NCBI GenBank assembly: GCA_038883135.1
Contig: JAVZMU010000001.1
Coordinates: forward strand, 2,988-66,987
From: Nitrososphaerales archaeon
GTDB taxonomy: Archaea > Thermoproteota > Nitrososphaeria > Nitrososphaerales > JACAEJ01
DNA length: 64,000 nucleotides
Direction: 5' to 3'
Position 1 is the first letter of the stretch, and every line of letters starts with the position of its first letter. The position numbers and the translations under genes were made by a program. The notes under the pieces were generated by a model that was not told where the DNA came from, made no database searches, and saw nothing but the letters and a program-made list of their open reading frames with translations. Shown here one piece after another: positions 9,014 to 19,461 of the stretch.

Positions 9014-9835
9014 TTAAAGTATACGAAGATTTAAGATAACCTCATCTCTTAAACGAGCAAATCCTTTTGCAGATTCTATTGGATTAGCAGCAGCGTATAT
9101 AGATGATCCAATTATAATAGCTGAACTTCTTCCACAAATCTCATAAAATGTCTTTATCTGTTCTGCAAATGTTACATCTCCCTTAGCTTGCCTTCCAATA
9201 CCTGGTCCAAATATAGGCTTATCTGTAAAATACCTTGCACGTCTTAATATCATAGGATTATTCGCAGGGCATACATATCCATCAGCTCCAAAAAACTCTG
9301 CTAAAATTAATATTAAATCAAAGATTATTTTACACTCTCTTAAACGCTCCTTTTGGATTTTTATTCCTAATTCCTCTATAATATGGTTGACATAATCCTT
9401 GTCAATAGGATGTGCGAAGAATAATTCAGCTCCTATACTTGTCATAAAGGGTAAAACTAATATTTTAGCTCCTTTTAAATGAGCTACTTCAATGCATTCT
9501 TGTAGACTTAATGGACCTTCTACAGCATGACAGACGATGTAGTCTGCTCCTGCTTCAGCGAGTTTTTCAACAATCTTAGAATTAGTTCCTTCCCATGTTT
9601 TCTTGTTTCTATTCCAGAAACCAATATCTGCAATTTTAAAGTCAGCAATGATTGGTTTGTTAATTCTTTCTTTCACCTTAGTTATTAAAGATACACCTTT
9701 ATCCAATATTGAGACAACCCCAAATTTAATACCGTCTATATATGGAGCTATTTCCTCACTAAGTTTTAAGGCTCTTTCAGATTGAGGTAAATCGTTAGCA
9801 AAGATAATACCAAAATCTCTTATCTTATTATCTAT
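9014..9835 (-). CDS. pyrF: Orotidine-5'-phosphate decarboxylase-family protein; start codon unclear
   Basis: The track ORF 9014..9706 begins at an internal Met. The same frame stays open to 9844 and encodes ..IIFANDL..YIDGIKFG.., the N-terminal ODCase motifs. The catalytic DxKxxD (IIADFKIADIG), GADYIVCH, PGIG and IIIGSSIY are present. The extension has no ATG, GTG or TTG. An AGGTGA box (9845-9850) precedes ATA at 9833-9835. Confidence 0.6.
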   Translation of the reverse strand: MDNKIRDFGIIFANDLPQSERALKLSEEIAPYIDGIKFGVVSILDKGVSLITKVKERINKPIIADFKIADIGFWNRNKKTWEGTNSKIVEKLAEAGADYIVCHAVEGPLSLQECIEVAHLKGAKILVLPFMTSIGAELFFAHPIDKDYVNHIIEELGIKIQKERLRECKIIFDLILILAEFFGADGYVCPANNPMILRRARYFTDKPIFGPGIGRQAKGDVTFAEQIKTFYEICGRSSAIIIGSSIYAAANPIESAKGFARLRDEVILNLRIL

Positions 9836-10722
9836 AAAATCAAATCACCTAAGGTTAAAATAAACATAGATCGATTTTAACATTAATAACATCACCTTCT
9901 CATTATGAATAAAGAATTATTTTATCTTCTACTCGACTTTGAATGCTATTAATATTATACAAACCAATTTCCTCCTCCATCCTTCTATAATTAAGCTTTT
10001 TTTCAACTCATCCCTCCTTCTTTCTCTTTCATACATCTTAGCATAAAAAGGTAAGGAATATAAATCCTGAGTTTTTGCTCAATTTCCTATTTCTCTTTTG
10101 AAGTTCATGCAATCTTTTTATAGAAGCTTATCTTGAGATATAAGACTTTAAATGATGTGACAAACTATTAAAATAAAACAATAAAGTTTAACTCTCGATT
10201 CTTACTTTTTCATAAGAAAATTTTTCTACGAAGTTTCTAAATCTGACGAAGTCTAAAGGATAATTAAATAACGATTCTACTACAATATAAATATCGTCTT
10301 TGGTTGATACTACTTTTTATGAAAGCAGGATTTAACAGTCCTATTCTAATTGTTCAAATATTCCTAACTTTTATTTTACCCACTCTTTTTTTCTAGAAAG
10401 CATGTAAAATTCAACTCTTTACTATCTTTCTAACTTTGTCACCATTAAGACTTAACCCTTTCATGGTATTAAAAGAACAAATACGTCTTTGTTGACTATC
10501 TCTTCATATGTAGCTTTTCATACGAAAAATTATGTTTGAATCCCTCTTTAGGAATTATAGTATTTTTCTCAGTAATAAAATATGTGATTTTAGAAAAGAA
10601 TTATGATTATTGCTTAATAAGATACTTATAAAATGTTTCAAGCTACTTTAATAGATTTTACATTCTTGTCTATAACTAATTAATCTCATATGTGTTAAAG
10701 ATTTAATGCTTATCTAAAAGAT

Positions 10723-11067
10723 ATGAGTAAGATGGTTCTCTCAAAATCAGAATTAAAAACGCTTGTAAATGAACTAAAAGAGTCTTATGCATTACTTAAC
10801 TTTAAAGAAATAGATTCTAATGTAGCCAAGCAGTTACAGATGATAAAGAGAAGAAGACGAGTAGGTATGAAACTAGTTGCATTAGGCATAGGTGCGATCG
10901 TTTTTCCTGAACCGACAGGATTAAGTGATATTTTTGGAATTCCTCTACTAGCCCTTGGTATGCTAATCGAAAAAGCCTATGATTTCATAGGAATAAGTGA
11001 TGTGATTCAAGAATTATCAAATACTTTAAAGAGTTTTGCATCTTTAAAGTTAGAATTATGTTGTTAA
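10723..11067 (+). CDS. Small hypothetical membrane protein
   Basis: 114-aa ORF with two predicted TM helices (LVALGIGAIVF, IPLLALGMLI). I recognise no family. Confidence 0.4.
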   Translation: MSKMVLSKSELKTLVNELKESYALLNFKEIDSNVAKQLQMIKRRRRVGMKLVALGIGAIVFPEPTGLSDIFGIPLLALGMLIEKAYDFIGISDVIQELSNTLKSFASLKLELCC

Positions 11068-11453
11068 TGAAAGTATATTCATTACAAGTATAGCACAATT
11101 GAATAATAAGTTCATTAAGCGAGTTAATCCAGTCTACACAAATATTCTTAAGCCATGCTAAAAGGCTACATAATATAGAGAGGTAACATATTAAAAATGA
11201 GAGAATTGAGAGAAAGATAGGTTTCAGTAGCTATAATACATTATTAATATTTCTCATAGAAACTATGGATAAAAAGAAGTTATACAAGTATTTAGATAGA
11301 TTAAGATTAGAGAAAAATTTTGTAAATAGATTTTAACGTCTTATTAAGCCAATTTTTATTAAATTTATCTAAAGAAAGCCTAACCTCATTTCAACCTTTT
11401 CCTCAAACTCCTCTATTAATTTCTCATAATCTCCTTTAAGAGATCATAAAGTT

Positions 11454-11483
11454 TATATCATTATTGATATCAATAATGATATA
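11454..11483. promoter_or_regulatory. Perfect 30-bp palindrome abutting the PadR start codon; candidate operator overlapping the promoter
   Basis: TATATCATTATTGATATCAATAATGATATA is its own reverse complement. It ends 2 nt before the ATG at 11486. Confidence 0.5.
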
Positions 11484-11485
11484 AT

Positions 11486-12055
11486 ATGCTTGATTATTCT
11501 CTACCTTTTCCACTTTTCAGACATTGGATAAGGCATATGGCTGCTGTACCTAAAGGGTTTTTACGCTACCAAGTGCTTGAACTTTTAAACGAGAAGCCTC
11601 TCTCAGGCTCAGAAATAATGAATGAAATTGAAAAGAAAACGAGTGGAAGCTGGCGTCCTAGTCCAGGATCGGTTTATCCATTGCTAGCTTGGCTTCAGGA
11701 CAATGGTTACGTACAAGAGTTTCCTATACAGGAAAGCGGAATAAAGCGATACATGCTTACGGATAAGGGTAAGCAACTTTTAGAAGAACAAAGGAAGCTA
11801 AAAGGACAGTTTGGTAAGGGATGGAAAATTTTTGCACCTCCATTTTTTGGTACCTTGTGGTTACGAATTCCCTCAGAAAAAGCGGAAGAACTTCGAGATG
11901 CTGTAAGCCGCCTTATAAAAGCCTTCTTCAGTTTAGGTATGAATTTAGAGACTAAGTTTTCAGAGCAAGCCTTAAAGGAAACATTGATGGTTTTAAACGA
12001 GACTGCTCAGAAATTTGAGGAAATAAATAAAAAACTGCAGGGTGAAAAGACATGA
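11486..12055 (+). CDS. PadR-family transcriptional regulator
   Basis: YQVLELLNEKPLSGSEIMNEIEKKTSGSWRPSPGSVYPLLAWLQDNGYV is a textbook PadR winged helix. It overlaps the downstream ABC ATPase gene by 4 nt. Confidence 0.8.
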   Translation: MLDYSLPFPLFRHWIRHMAAVPKGFLRYQVLELLNEKPLSGSEIMNEIEKKTSGSWRPSPGSVYPLLAWLQDNGYVQEFPIQESGIKRYMLTDKGKQLLEEQRKLKGQFGKGWKIFAPPFFGTLWLRIPSEKAEELRDAVSRLIKAFFSLGMNLETKFSEQALKETLMVLNETAQKFEEINKKLQGEKT

Positions 12056-13059
12056 ATGAAGAAGTAATTAAGGCTGAAGGACTGACAAAAGTTTTCAATA
12101 AAAGCCTAGTTGCAGTAGATCACGTAAACTTTAGTGTTAAAAGCAAGGAAATATTTGGCTTTCTTGGACCGAATGGTGCTGGGAAAACAACCACAATAAA
12201 CATGTTGATAACTGTTCTGAAGCCTACAGAGGGCAAAGCATCTGTTTTAGGCTACGATATTGTTAAGCAAGCAAATAACGTGAGAAAAGCAATAGGTGTA
12301 GTACCACAAGAATATACAGCTGATGAAGACTTAACTGGATACGAGAACATAATGCTATGTGCAGACTTGTATGGGATTCCTCGAGATATTGCAAAGAAAC
12401 GTGCTCTTGAACTCTTAGAACTTGTAGAGCTAACTCAGTTTAAAGATAAAAGAGTTGAAACTTATTCTGGTGGAATGCGTCGAAGGCTTGAACTTGCATG
12501 TGGTTTGATTAATAGACCTAAAGTGCTTTTCCTAGATGAACCTACTTTAGGCTTAGATGTTCAAACTAGAGCTGCTACATGGAGCTATATTCGTAAGCTC
12601 AAAGAGGAATATGGTATGACGCTTTTTATGACAACTCATTATTTAGAGGAGGCAGATGTTCTTTGTGATCGTATAGCTATAATTGATCATGGTAAAATAA
12701 TAGCGATAGGTGCACCAAGCGAGCTTAAAGACAGCTTAGGCGGTGATATAATAACAATAAGCATTAAAGAAAATGCAGATGTAAGTGAGTTAATTCGTAG
12801 CATTGAACACGTTAAAGACGTTAGAAATGAGAATGGCTCATATAGGATTAAGGTTGAGTCTGGAGAGATAACCGCTCCCCTCATAATCGAGAGTCTGAGG
12901 AAGAAGGGCTATACTGTTACTAGACTTTCGCTTACTGAGCCAACATTAAATGAGGTTTACCTTGAATATACTGGTAGAGTTATTAGGGATACTGAAGATT
13001 CTAAGGAAGCATTTAGAATGCAGAGAATAACCATAAGGAGGGCTAGAGCAAGAGTATGA
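12052..13059 (+). CDS. ABC transporter ATP-binding protein (ABC-2/DrrA-like)
   Basis: Walker A GPNGAGKTT, signature YSGGMRRRL and Walker B LFLDEPT are all present. Confidence 0.9.
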   Translation: MNEEVIKAEGLTKVFNKSLVAVDHVNFSVKSKEIFGFLGPNGAGKTTTINMLITVLKPTEGKASVLGYDIVKQANNVRKAIGVVPQEYTADEDLTGYENIMLCADLYGIPRDIAKKRALELLELVELTQFKDKRVETYSGGMRRRLELACGLINRPKVLFLDEPTLGLDVQTRAATWSYIRKLKEEYGMTLFMTTHYLEEADVLCDRIAIIDHGKIIAIGAPSELKDSLGGDIITISIKENADVSELIRSIEHVKDVRNENGSYRIKVESGEITAPLIIESLRKKGYTVTRLSLTEPTLNEVYLEYTGRVIRDTEDSKEAFRMQRITIRRARARV

Positions 13060-14006
13060 TAAATGAGTATAATCCAAGTTTGCTTCGTGGCTTATGGGCT
13101 TTAACAGCTAGAGAACTCAAGAAATGGTTGAAAGATCCTGTAATGGTCTTAATGCTTGTGCTCCAACCTTTAATATGGATGAGTCTTTTAGGTAAATCTA
13201 TAAACATAAACGCTATGTTCTCACCTAAAAGCTTAGTTAACCTAGAAATACCTGACATTCAAGTACCTGGAAGCTTATTGAATCCACCTGTAAATGGAGT
13301 TTTGATTATTCCTGGAACTTTGGTTGCACAGCAACTTCAGCAAATATTTTCCACAATAGGCACAAAAGTTATGCAGGATACTTTTGGTGTTGTAGATTAT
13401 TTTAGCTATATGGCTATTGGTATGGTTTCTATGATTGTTATGACCACGACGATGTTCACTGGTATGTCTATAGTTTGGGATAGACGTTTAGGTTTCCTAG
13501 ATAAGGTATTGAGTACTCCAGTACCACGTAGTGCAATAATATTCGCGAAGATTCTTAATGCAACTTTAAGAGCAATATTTCAAGCAACTATAATTCTAAT
13601 GCTCTCATACCTATTAGGATTGCAATTAAGCTCAACCTTCACATTACTTAATTTGTTAGGAGTTTATGCTGCAATATTCCTACTTGGCATAGGACTCTCA
13701 TCAGTTTTCATTGCATTCTCATTAAGATCCACTAGAATGGAGAGACCAATGCAAATAATAAGCTTAATCACAATGCCTTTAATGTTTGCAAGTAACACTT
13801 TCTTTCCTATCTCTTTAATGCCTTATTGGATACAAGTAGTAGCACGCATCAACCCGCTCACTTATCTAACAGACGCTATTAGGCAACTGACGATAATACC
13901 CCTAGACACTTCTATGCTAATTTTTGACTTCACATGTCTCGGTATATTTGCAGTAGTTTTATCCACAATTGGTATGATACTTTCATGGCGATACTTAACC
14001 AAGTGA
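13056..14006 (+). CDS. ABC-2 type transporter permease
   Basis: 316 aa with about 6 TM segments. It overlaps the ATPase gene by 4 nt, which is the usual ABC-2 partner arrangement. Confidence 0.75.
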   Translation: MINEYNPSLLRGLWALTARELKKWLKDPVMVLMLVLQPLIWMSLLGKSININAMFSPKSLVNLEIPDIQVPGSLLNPPVNGVLIIPGTLVAQQLQQIFSTIGTKVMQDTFGVVDYFSYMAIGMVSMIVMTTTMFTGMSIVWDRRLGFLDKVLSTPVPRSAIIFAKILNATLRAIFQATIILMLSYLLGLQLSSTFTLLNLLGVYAAIFLLGIGLSSVFIAFSLRSTRMERPMQIISLITMPLMFASNTFFPISLMPYWIQVVARINPLTYLTDAIRQLTIIPLDTSMLIFDFTCLGIFAVVLSTIGMILSWRYLTK

Positions 14007-14074
14007 AGAGGTAACAGCATGGAAATTCTCTAAACCAACATAGTAGCGTTCTTGTTGGTAAAGGTAGTGAAGAA

Positions 14075-15487
14075 TTGGTGATTAACCTTAAAAGAGCATA
14101 TAATTCACTTGAGTATAGAAAGATTCCTTTAGCTACATTAATCCTAATAGCTGTTAACATTTTAGTTTACTCTATAACCTCTTATGAGAACTTTTTCCTT
14201 GAAGTTAGCGATTATTGGGTAAATCTATGTGGCTTCATCCCATCCATGATAGCAACACCTTCACAAATTTACAGAATCTTCAGCTCAATGTTTCTTCATG
14301 CAGACTTCTTCCATATTCTCTTTAATATGTATTTTCTATACCTTTTTGGCAGAAACATTGAAAACACGTTAGGTAGAGTAAGATTTTTAGTCTTGTATTT
14401 CATGGCTGGAGTTTTTGCTTCCATATTTCATACAACATTCAGCTTCTTAGGTGGCTCAATCGCGTATATGATTCCAGCTATAGGAGCTTCCGGAGCCATT
14501 AGTGGAATCCTAGGTGCATACCTTATCCTCTACCCAGGTACATCTCTTGTCATGGGTTGGTTTTTCTTTATTTTCCCTTTTTTCATAAGGGTTAAAACTG
14601 CATACTATCTATTATTCTGGTTTACAATACAACTTCTTTACGGTTACTTTACTCCTTTAGGAGGTACAGCTTTTTTCGCTCATGTAGGAGGTTTTATAAC
14701 TGGAATTGCTATACTTCCAATATTAGCAAAAAAAGATAGGATAAGACAATTAAAGTTAGCACAGCAGTTTTTCCCCTTAAACTGGATTTTTATACCTCCT
14801 AAAACTAGCGGTCTAAACCGTACTACAAAAATATTGATTACCATACTTTTAATTTCTCTTTTAGCTGGAACTACTTACGCTTCTCTAGGTTTAACTGAAC
14901 AAAGTAACGTTAAATCAGTAACTCTTCAATACGTTTTAGAAGGAAACTCTAACAGAGATTATGTGAGTATTCGCATCTCGAATATTGAGGAAGATATTTC
15001 CAGCATACCTTCAGATACAACACGAATACTTTTGAATAGACTTTACGCTGCAAGGTTAATTTACGATGAAGCAAAGGCTGGTGAAGAGATAATATTGAGT
15101 ATTTTAGATGAGAATTTGCCCGTAAAGATTGCTATTGGAGTAAACGTTAAAGTTGTTTATGTGGACACAAAAATTTATGGATTTAGTGGAAAATACGATT
15201 CTGAAGGCTTTATAGAATATTGTGAGGGAGCTATTACAACTCGAGCAGTAAGTATACAAGTTTACGGTAATGTTTACAGAATAGTACAAAGTGAGCCTTT
15301 AACCTACACGTTTAAAATAGCCTCAAAAACGGTAAAACTAAACATTATAACCCAGTACACTGCGTTTCCTTCAATTTTATTGATTGTAGCTGCAATAGGA
15401 GTGGTTATTAAGAAAGATAAAGATTTAACAGTAGTAGGCGAAGAACATGAAGCTTCTAGACGCTATTTGAATTTCTATAGTGCATAA
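14075..15487 (+). CDS. Rhomboid-family intramembrane serine protease with a roughly 230-aa C-terminal extension
   Basis: FFHILFNM (HxxxxN), the catalytic GASGAISG and the catalytic His in AHVGGFITG are all present. The C-terminal half carries an extra TM segment and a non-membrane domain. Confidence 0.75.
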   Translation: MVINLKRAYNSLEYRKIPLATLILIAVNILVYSITSYENFFLEVSDYWVNLCGFIPSMIATPSQIYRIFSSMFLHADFFHILFNMYFLYLFGRNIENTLGRVRFLVLYFMAGVFASIFHTTFSFLGGSIAYMIPAIGASGAISGILGAYLILYPGTSLVMGWFFFIFPFFIRVKTAYYLLFWFTIQLLYGYFTPLGGTAFFAHVGGFITGIAILPILAKKDRIRQLKLAQQFFPLNWIFIPPKTSGLNRTTKILITILLISLLAGTTYASLGLTEQSNVKSVTLQYVLEGNSNRDYVSIRISNIEEDISSIPSDTTRILLNRLYAARLIYDEAKAGEEIILSILDENLPVKIAIGVNVKVVYVDTKIYGFSGKYDSEGFIEYCEGAITTRAVSIQVYGNVYRIVQSEPLTYTFKIASKTVKLNIITQYTAFPSILLIVAAIGVVIKKDKDLTVVGEEHEASRRYLNFYSA

Positions 15488-16038
15488 TAATTATGAAGAT
15501 GTATTTTTAGTAATATCTTTTGGAACCAATAGAGTATATCTCACTCTTCCCAAAGCTCCCATATAGATTTGGAAAAGTAATCTTAGGAGTGAGCTCTTTC
15601 AGCTCTTGCTTCAAATTCTTTATCTTTCTTAGTAACTTCATTTTTATCGAGCAATCTTATATTCCAAATCATAGTAAGCCAGGTAGTATGCAATTAAGAA
15701 ATTAAATGAATCCTTTCTAGAGTCAAAATAAATGTCGCTTTGTTAGTTTCTCTGAGTAAAGAAAACAGTATATCATTTTTAAGAATTTTTCCCTTAAGCT
15801 TATTCAATTAGAATACTCGAGACATCGTCTTTTTAACTTCTTTAATATTGTTTCTCTCGTAAATTTATAAAAATTATTAAGAATGGTTTAGTTAACAAAC
15901 GTGAGAAATCTTACGAAAATTTTATAAAATATTAATTCCACATTTAACACAAGGAGGAGAGGGTTAAAACCTCTATGCGTCTTTGGCTTAATAATTTACA
16001 AATTTATGGAAATTTGGCAATGGTTGTGGGTGTTCAAG

Positions 16039-16404
16039 ATGGGCATCCACATTATTGCCGAACTTCTCGGAGTAGATTCCGAGAAGATTTCAAGAGTAGA
16101 AGGAATTCGTAATATTTTTGATAGAGTTATCTCTGAATCTAACCTTAAGGTTGTTTCTTCGAATTTTTATCAATTTGAACCTTATGGAGTTTCTGCAGTA
16201 TATCTTTTAAGAGAATCACATTTAAGTGTACATACATGGCCCGAATATGGATACATAGCTCTTGATATTTTTACATGTGGTCCTAGTGGGAGTGCCCTTA
16301 AGGCTTTTAAACTTTTAGTTAAAGAATTCAAGCCGAAAGTTATTAAGAAGAAGATTTTAAGAAGGAATTTATATGAACAAAATCAAAATGCAAATACTTT
16401 ATGA
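16039..16404 (+). CDS. speH: S-adenosylmethionine decarboxylase proenzyme (pyruvoyl type)
   Basis: The self-processing motif ESHLSVHTWPE and the FTCG motif are present. I prefer Met at 16039 (MGIHIIAELLGV) over the track start at 16006. Confidence 0.8.
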   Translation: MGIHIIAELLGVDSEKISRVEGIRNIFDRVISESNLKVVSSNFYQFEPYGVSAVYLLRESHLSVHTWPEYGYIALDIFTCGPSGSALKAFKLLVKEFKPKVIKKKILRRNLYEQNQNANTL

Positions 16405-17398
16405 GTTAGCGAAATCGAACAAATCCTTCTGGGAATTACTTGATACTACTCATTATACAGTAAGGGACTTCTTGGAAGCTATAAATAGTCTTTACGAAGA
16501 AAAGTTAATTGCCATAAATAAAGATAAATTTTATTTAACAGATAAAGGAATAAAGAAAGTTAACAAAAGAAGTATAAATTTTGAAAGTAGGATTTGCGAA
16601 AAATGTGAAGGAAAGAGAGTATTATTTAATGGTAAATTTAGGGATATCTTGGAACAGTTCAAAGAAATTGTTAAGGATAGACCAACTCCAAACTTAAAAT
16701 TTTACCAAGGTTACATGAGAGAATATGACGTAATTGCAAGAGTTGGATTAATGCATTTCCATAACGATCTTTTAGATAAAGAGTTTCTATTGATAGGTGA
16801 TGATGACTTATTAAGTATCGCTTTATCCTTAACGAAACTTCCGTCGAGAGTACTTGTTTTAGATGTTGATGAAAGAATTGGAAAATTCATAAGAAAAGTA
16901 AATAAAGATTATAGATTAGAGATTGAGTTTCAAAAATATAATGTTTCAGATCCATTACCAAGAAATTTAGTTGGTAAATTTGATGTTTTCTCCTCAGAAC
17001 CTTTAGAAACAGCAAGTGGACTTAAAGCTTTTATCTGTAGGGGAGTCTCCTGCCTGAAAGATGAGGGAGTAGGTTATTTTGGACTATCAACAGCTGAAGC
17101 ATCCTATAAAAAATGGATAAAAATACAGAAGATTCTTACAAAAATGAACTGTGTAGTAACCGATATAATTAGAGGGTTTTCAAAATATCCAACAAAATAT
17201 GGAAGAGTAAATTATGAGAAGTTTACTACAAAACTCAAGTTTCCAATTGAAGAGAATCCTGGAATTTACTGGTTTAAATCTGCTCTTTTTAGATTCGAAG
17301 TTCTAGGAAAACCGAGATTGATCGTAGATCCTAACAAGGCAGTAAATATTGCATATATTGACAAAATAGAAGACATAACTCATCCTATTTTTTATTAA
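16373..17398 (+). CDS. bpsA: N4-bis(aminopropyl)spermidine synthase-like (BpsA/DUF43 family)
   Basis: 341 aa with an N-terminal wHTH-like part and a LLIGDDDLLSIAL motif characteristic of the DUF43/BpsA family. It overlaps speH, indicating an operon. Confidence 0.65.
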   Translation: MNKIKMQILYELAKSNKSFWELLDTTHYTVRDFLEAINSLYEEKLIAINKDKFYLTDKGIKKVNKRSINFESRICEKCEGKRVLFNGKFRDILEQFKEIVKDRPTPNLKFYQGYMREYDVIARVGLMHFHNDLLDKEFLLIGDDDLLSIALSLTKLPSRVLVLDVDERIGKFIRKVNKDYRLEIEFQKYNVSDPLPRNLVGKFDVFSSEPLETASGLKAFICRGVSCLKDEGVGYFGLSTAEASYKKWIKIQKILTKMNCVVTDIIRGFSKYPTKYGRVNYEKFTTKLKFPIEENPGIYWFKSALFRFEVLGKPRLIVDPNKAVNIAYIDKIEDITHPIFY

Positions 17399-17462
17399 CT
17401 TCTTCAAAATATAGCTTGAATTTTAAGTAAATTGAAAGCTAAATTGTTTTAAAGAAATAAAC

Positions 17463-18953
17463 ATGTTTAAAGATTATTTCAAAAATTTTTATTCCTATAA
17501 GGAATTTAATAAGGTTATGTCTTCTGATTGCTACGTTACTCTCTTTGGTGGAGTAGGCAAAATAGGTGGAAATTCAATACTTTTAGAAGATAAGGAATCT
17601 ATGATTCTTCTTGACTTAGGTAAAGATTTTGAGAGGTATGGAAAATTCTTTCAATTTCCATTCACTATGCCTACAAAATCAGTTCAAAAAGAATTGGTTA
17701 AGACTCGTCTCTTACCTGAGATAAAAACATCAAAAAGGCAAAAATTGCCTTTGTATGTTGATTACGAAGGAACAGAAATTTTAGAGCCTAAAATTAACTG
17801 CCCTTTACAACACGTATTCATCACTCATCCTCATTTAGATCATTCAGGCTTTATTACGCTTCTCAGAAGTGATTTGAATATTCATATGGGATCTTTATCA
17901 GAGTTAATCTACTCCTCAAGTATTGAGACAAGAAAGGATTTAACTTTAGAGACAAAGCTTTACTGGAAAATACCAAAAAAGGATGAGATTGAACCAAGAT
18001 TAAAATTCTCAAAGTTCCATGATGGTATGGAGATCAAAGCTGATAGATTAAAAATCACTCCCTATTCTGTAGATCATAGTGTTCCTGGATCCTATGGATT
18101 CATAATAGAAAGCTCGTCAGCAAGAATTGCTTATACAGGTGACTTTAGATTTCATGGACCGGCTAGGAATTTATCGGAAAAGTTTAGAGATAAGCTAAGA
18201 GAGGATAGTTTAGATGTGCTAATAATAGAGGGTACGAACATGAACGTAGGACGTATAGATTCTGAGGAGAATATTGAGAAGGATGCTTATGGATTAATTG
18301 AAAAAAGTTTTCAATTGGGTAATAAATTAGCAGTAATAGAGGTTAAATCGAGTGATATAGATAGAATTAACGCCTTCGTAAGGATTGCAAAGAATCTCAA
18401 TAGCATCGTAGCTATTACCACTAGAGTAGCTTACATTCTTGATAGGATAAAAAGGTCAGGATTAGAAGCAAGATTAATGTATGGTATACCAAAACTAAGG
18501 GATGATGTGAAGCTATTTATAAAAAGCAAGCTTATGAGATGGGAGAAAGAACTTGTAGATAGACATAAAGATATGGAAGTTCTTGAAGATAAGGTAATAA
18601 CCAACCCTAAGGAAAGGATAATACTATTAGATTCTGGTAGATTTAATGTCTTTGATACGACTCCTCCAAAAGGTTCTCTTTACATACAAAGTATTTCTGA
18701 GCATATAAGTGAAGAGGAAGAGTATGATGAGGAGCGTTTTATCAATTCATTAGCTTTGCATGGTTTAATAGTGTATCGCCTTCATAGTTCGGGTCATGCA
18801 AACCCTCTAGATTTGATAAAATTTGTAAATGAAGTTAAGCCAAAAATGCTCATACCAATTCATACAGAGCATCCAGAAGCTTTCCATGAGTTATTTAAAG
18901 ATATTACAAATGTAGTAATACCAGAAAAGGATTTGCCCATACGTATCTATTGA
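17463..18953 (+). CDS. Metallo-beta-lactamase-fold / beta-CASP ribonuclease (RNase J-like)
   Basis: The HxHxDH motif (ITHPHLDHSG), later His/Asp motifs (DHSVPGS, HSSGHA) and a length of 496 aa support the call. Confidence 0.55.
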   Translation: MFKDYFKNFYSYKEFNKVMSSDCYVTLFGGVGKIGGNSILLEDKESMILLDLGKDFERYGKFFQFPFTMPTKSVQKELVKTRLLPEIKTSKRQKLPLYVDYEGTEILEPKINCPLQHVFITHPHLDHSGFITLLRSDLNIHMGSLSELIYSSSIETRKDLTLETKLYWKIPKKDEIEPRLKFSKFHDGMEIKADRLKITPYSVDHSVPGSYGFIIESSSARIAYTGDFRFHGPARNLSEKFRDKLREDSLDVLIIEGTNMNVGRIDSEENIEKDAYGLIEKSFQLGNKLAVIEVKSSDIDRINAFVRIAKNLNSIVAITTRVAYILDRIKRSGLEARLMYGIPKLRDDVKLFIKSKLMRWEKELVDRHKDMEVLEDKVITNPKERIILLDSGRFNVFDTTPPKGSLYIQSISEHISEEEEYDEERFINSLALHGLIVYRLHSSGHANPLDLIKFVNEVKPKMLIPIHTEHPEAFHELFKDITNVVIPEKDLPIRIY

Positions 18954-18987
18954 AAGTTTAAGCAATCAAGGGTGATTTTGATCGATT

Positions 18988-19461
18988 TTGAAAGTAAAAG
19001 ATAAAGGGGTTTACACTCTCATCATAAACTTAGCTAAAAGAATTAATTTAAGAGTAGGATGCTTAGGTCCATTAGAATTTAAGAAAGGATTTTATGTGTA
19101 TACTGGTTCAGCTTTAGGTTCAGGAGGATTGATGAGAAGAATTCAAAGACATTTAAAGAAAGATAAGAGATGCTTTTGGCATATAGATTATTTTTTAAAG
19201 AGTAAATATTCATCTATCAAAGTAGTAATTTATGCGAAAAGTAATAAGAAATATGAATGTGAGATTGTAAGAGAAATAATCGATGCAAATATGAAGCCCG
19301 TAAAAGGATTTGGAGCTAGCGATTGCAAAGAAAGGTGTAAAAGTCATCTGCACTACATGATGGGTGATTTAAACGGGATAGTTAAGAAAATTCTTGATGC
19401 TTATAATAGTTTAAGACTTAATGCTAATTTCTACTTTTTGAATGATAAAGAACTAAAATAA
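18988..19461 (+). CDS. GIY-YIG-superfamily protein (DUF123-like)
   Basis: KGVYTLII..., GFYVYTGSALG, RIQRHL and WHIDYF follow the DUF123/Uri-endonuclease pattern. Confidence 0.6.
   Translation: MKVKDKGVYTLIINLAKRINLRVGCLGPLEFKKGFYVYTGSALGSGGLMRRIQRHLKKDKRCFWHIDYFLKSKYSSIKVVIYAKSNKKYECEIVREIIDANMKPVKGFGASDCKERCKSHLHYMMGDLNGIVKKILDAYNSLRLNANFYFLNDKELK

Noticed and set aside
15520-15705. 61-aa plus-strand ORF in the 15.5-16.0 kb intergenic region
   Set aside because: It has no start context or motifs and a hydrophobic low-complexity sequence. The opposite strand carries a 47-aa ORF (MKLLRKIKNLKQELKEL...) that is equally unconvincing. I left the region unannotated.
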